A stretch of 64,000 bases of DNA from Candidatus Bathyarchaeota archaeon (GTDB taxonomy: Archaea; Thermoproteota; Bathyarchaeia; Bathyarchaeales; Bathycorpusculaceae). This document shows positions 62,597 to 64,000 of this stretch, one piece after another. The stretch lies in the NCBI GenBank assembly GCA_963717465.1, contig OY970340.1:1600001-1664000 (forward strand). The letters are read 5' to 3'. How positions within the stretch are numbered: the first letter of the stretch is position 1; every line of letters starts with the position of its first letter. The position numbers and the translations under genes were made by a program. The notes beneath the pieces were generated by a model. It did no database searches. It saw only the letters and a list, made by a program, of their open reading frames with translations, and was not told the DNA's origin.

Positions 62597-63379
62597 TTGG
62601 AAAAATCAGATTATAAGCCTCAATATACCCCTGGCGTCTCCGATGTAGCTAAGAACAGAAGAAACTACATGGACCCAAAGCACAAATTGGAGAAGCTTCG
62701 CTCAATTTCTGACGAATCTCTGATAAGGTTGCTTGGGCATCGCGAGCCTGGAGAAGCCTATAAATCAGTTCACCCACCCCTTGAAGAAATGGGCGAACCT
62801 AAATGCACGATAAGGAAACTTGTTGAACCCACACCTGGAGCCAAAGCTGGTGACAGAATCACATTCATACAATTCACCGATTCTGTGTACTTCTCGCCTT
62901 TGGCACCCTACAGCAGGTGCTGGATGTACATGTCAAGATACAGAGGTGTAGACCCTGGCGCTCTATCAGGAAGATGCCCCCTTGAAATGAGAGAAAGAGA
63001 TTTAGAAGCAGTTTCAAAGGAGCTAATTGAAACAGAAGTTTTCGACCCAGCAAGAACCGCAGTTAGAGGCGCAACAGTACACGGCCACTCTTTGAGACTG
63101 GACGAGAACGGAATGATGTTTGACTTATTAAGACGCTCTGTTTACGACAAGAAGAAGCAAGAAATCACATATGTTAAAGATCAGTTGGGAGTACCGTTAG
63201 ACACGCCAATTGCACTTGGAAAACCGTTACCAGAAGAAGAATTAAGGAAAAGAACAACAATCTTCAGGGCAGACGGAACATCCATACGAAAAGATCCAGA
63301 GCTACTAAAATATATTCAAAGAATTCACACACTAAGAACAATCGCTGGTCATAACCCGGAAAAAGCCAAAGGACTATAA
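62597..63379 (+). CDS. mcrG: Methyl-coenzyme M reductase gamma subunit
   Basis: NRR..MDP..KLEKLR, LLGHR.PGE.YKSVHPPLEE, QFTDS, YRGVDPG.LSGR, RERDLE and RGATVHGHSLRLDENG.MFD motifs. Confidence 0.98.
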   Translation: MEKSDYKPQYTPGVSDVAKNRRNYMDPKHKLEKLRSISDESLIRLLGHREPGEAYKSVHPPLEEMGEPKCTIRKLVEPTPGAKAGDRITFIQFTDSVYFSPLAPYSRCWMYMSRYRGVDPGALSGRCPLEMRERDLEAVSKELIETEVFDPARTAVRGATVHGHSLRLDENGMMFDLLRRSVYDKKKQEITYVKDQLGVPLDTPIALGKPLPEEELRKRTTIFRADGTSIRKDPELLKYIQRIHTLRTIAGHNPEKAKGL

Positions 63380-63405
63380 AAAGAGGTTAAAATGAGGTAA
63401 TAATT

Positions 63406-64000
63406 ATGGTTAAGAAAGAAAAAATGTTTTTAGAAGAACTTGAGAAGAAATTCAAGGAAGATCCTACTAAAAAGACTACTACCTACTACCATTTTGGTGG
63501 CTGGAAGCAGTCAAAGAGAAAGCAAGAATTCTACAGAGCTAGCCAAAAGATCGAGAAAGAGAGAGGCATACCGATGTACTCTCCGGATACTTCACTTAGG
63601 TGGTGTACCTGTAGGTCAAAGACTTCTTATGCCCTATAAGATCTCTGGGACAGACGTTTATTGTGAAGGAGACGACTTACATTTCATCAACAACGCAGCC
63701 ATGCAGCAAATGTGGGACGACATAAGAAGGACAGTAATCGTAGGCTTAGATGCCCCGCACAAAGTATTAGAAAGCAGATTAGGCAAAGAAGTAACACCAG
63801 AAACAATAAGCGAATACATGGAAATACTCAACCACACAATGCCTGGAGCAGCAGTAGTTCAAGAACACATGGTTGAAACACACCCCGCACTAGTGTCAGA
63901 TTGCTATGTAAAACTATTCACAGGCAACGATGAGCTTGCAGATGCCATAGACAAAAGATTCGTAATTAACATAAACAAATTATTCCCCAAAGAAAATGCT
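63406..64000 (+). CDS. mcrA: Methyl-coenzyme M reductase alpha subunit (5' part; +1 frameshift near 63589; runs off the window)
   Basis: [12 protein letters not shown]...RGIPMY.PD, then my translation [52 protein letters not shown]...[11 protein letters not shown]...[37 protein letters not shown]. Confidence 0.97.

Overview
Archaeal chromosome segment (about 40% GC by eye, many TTG starts). A cdvB-cdvA-cdvB-cdvC cell-division cluster places it in Thermoproteota (TACK), and the accessory gene set resembles Bathyarchaeia; this host call is inference. The left and middle parts carry secY/rpl15, a bacterial-type HoxEFUYH hydrogenase, form III RuBisCO with R15P isomerase, transporters, aspartokinase, a repeat-flanked glycerol-kinase/GlpA/alkyl-DHAP-synthase-like operon, PPK2, the Cdv genes, tRNA-Lys and mtnP-apt. 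The last ~19 kb is a contiguous methane-metabolism island: hdrCBA (HdrA fused to an MvhD domain without cysteines), three MtaA/CmuA-family methyltransferases, an MtrH-like protein, a corrinoid protein, a RACo-type activator, regulators, an integrase remnant and an mcrBDCGA operon whose mcrA runs off the right edge. The visible McrA is canonical methane-type rather than an obviously divergent alkyl-CoM reductase. About ten single-base frameshifts across nine genes look like long-read indel errors rather than real pseudogenes. All protein calls come from motif recognition by eye; no database searches were run.
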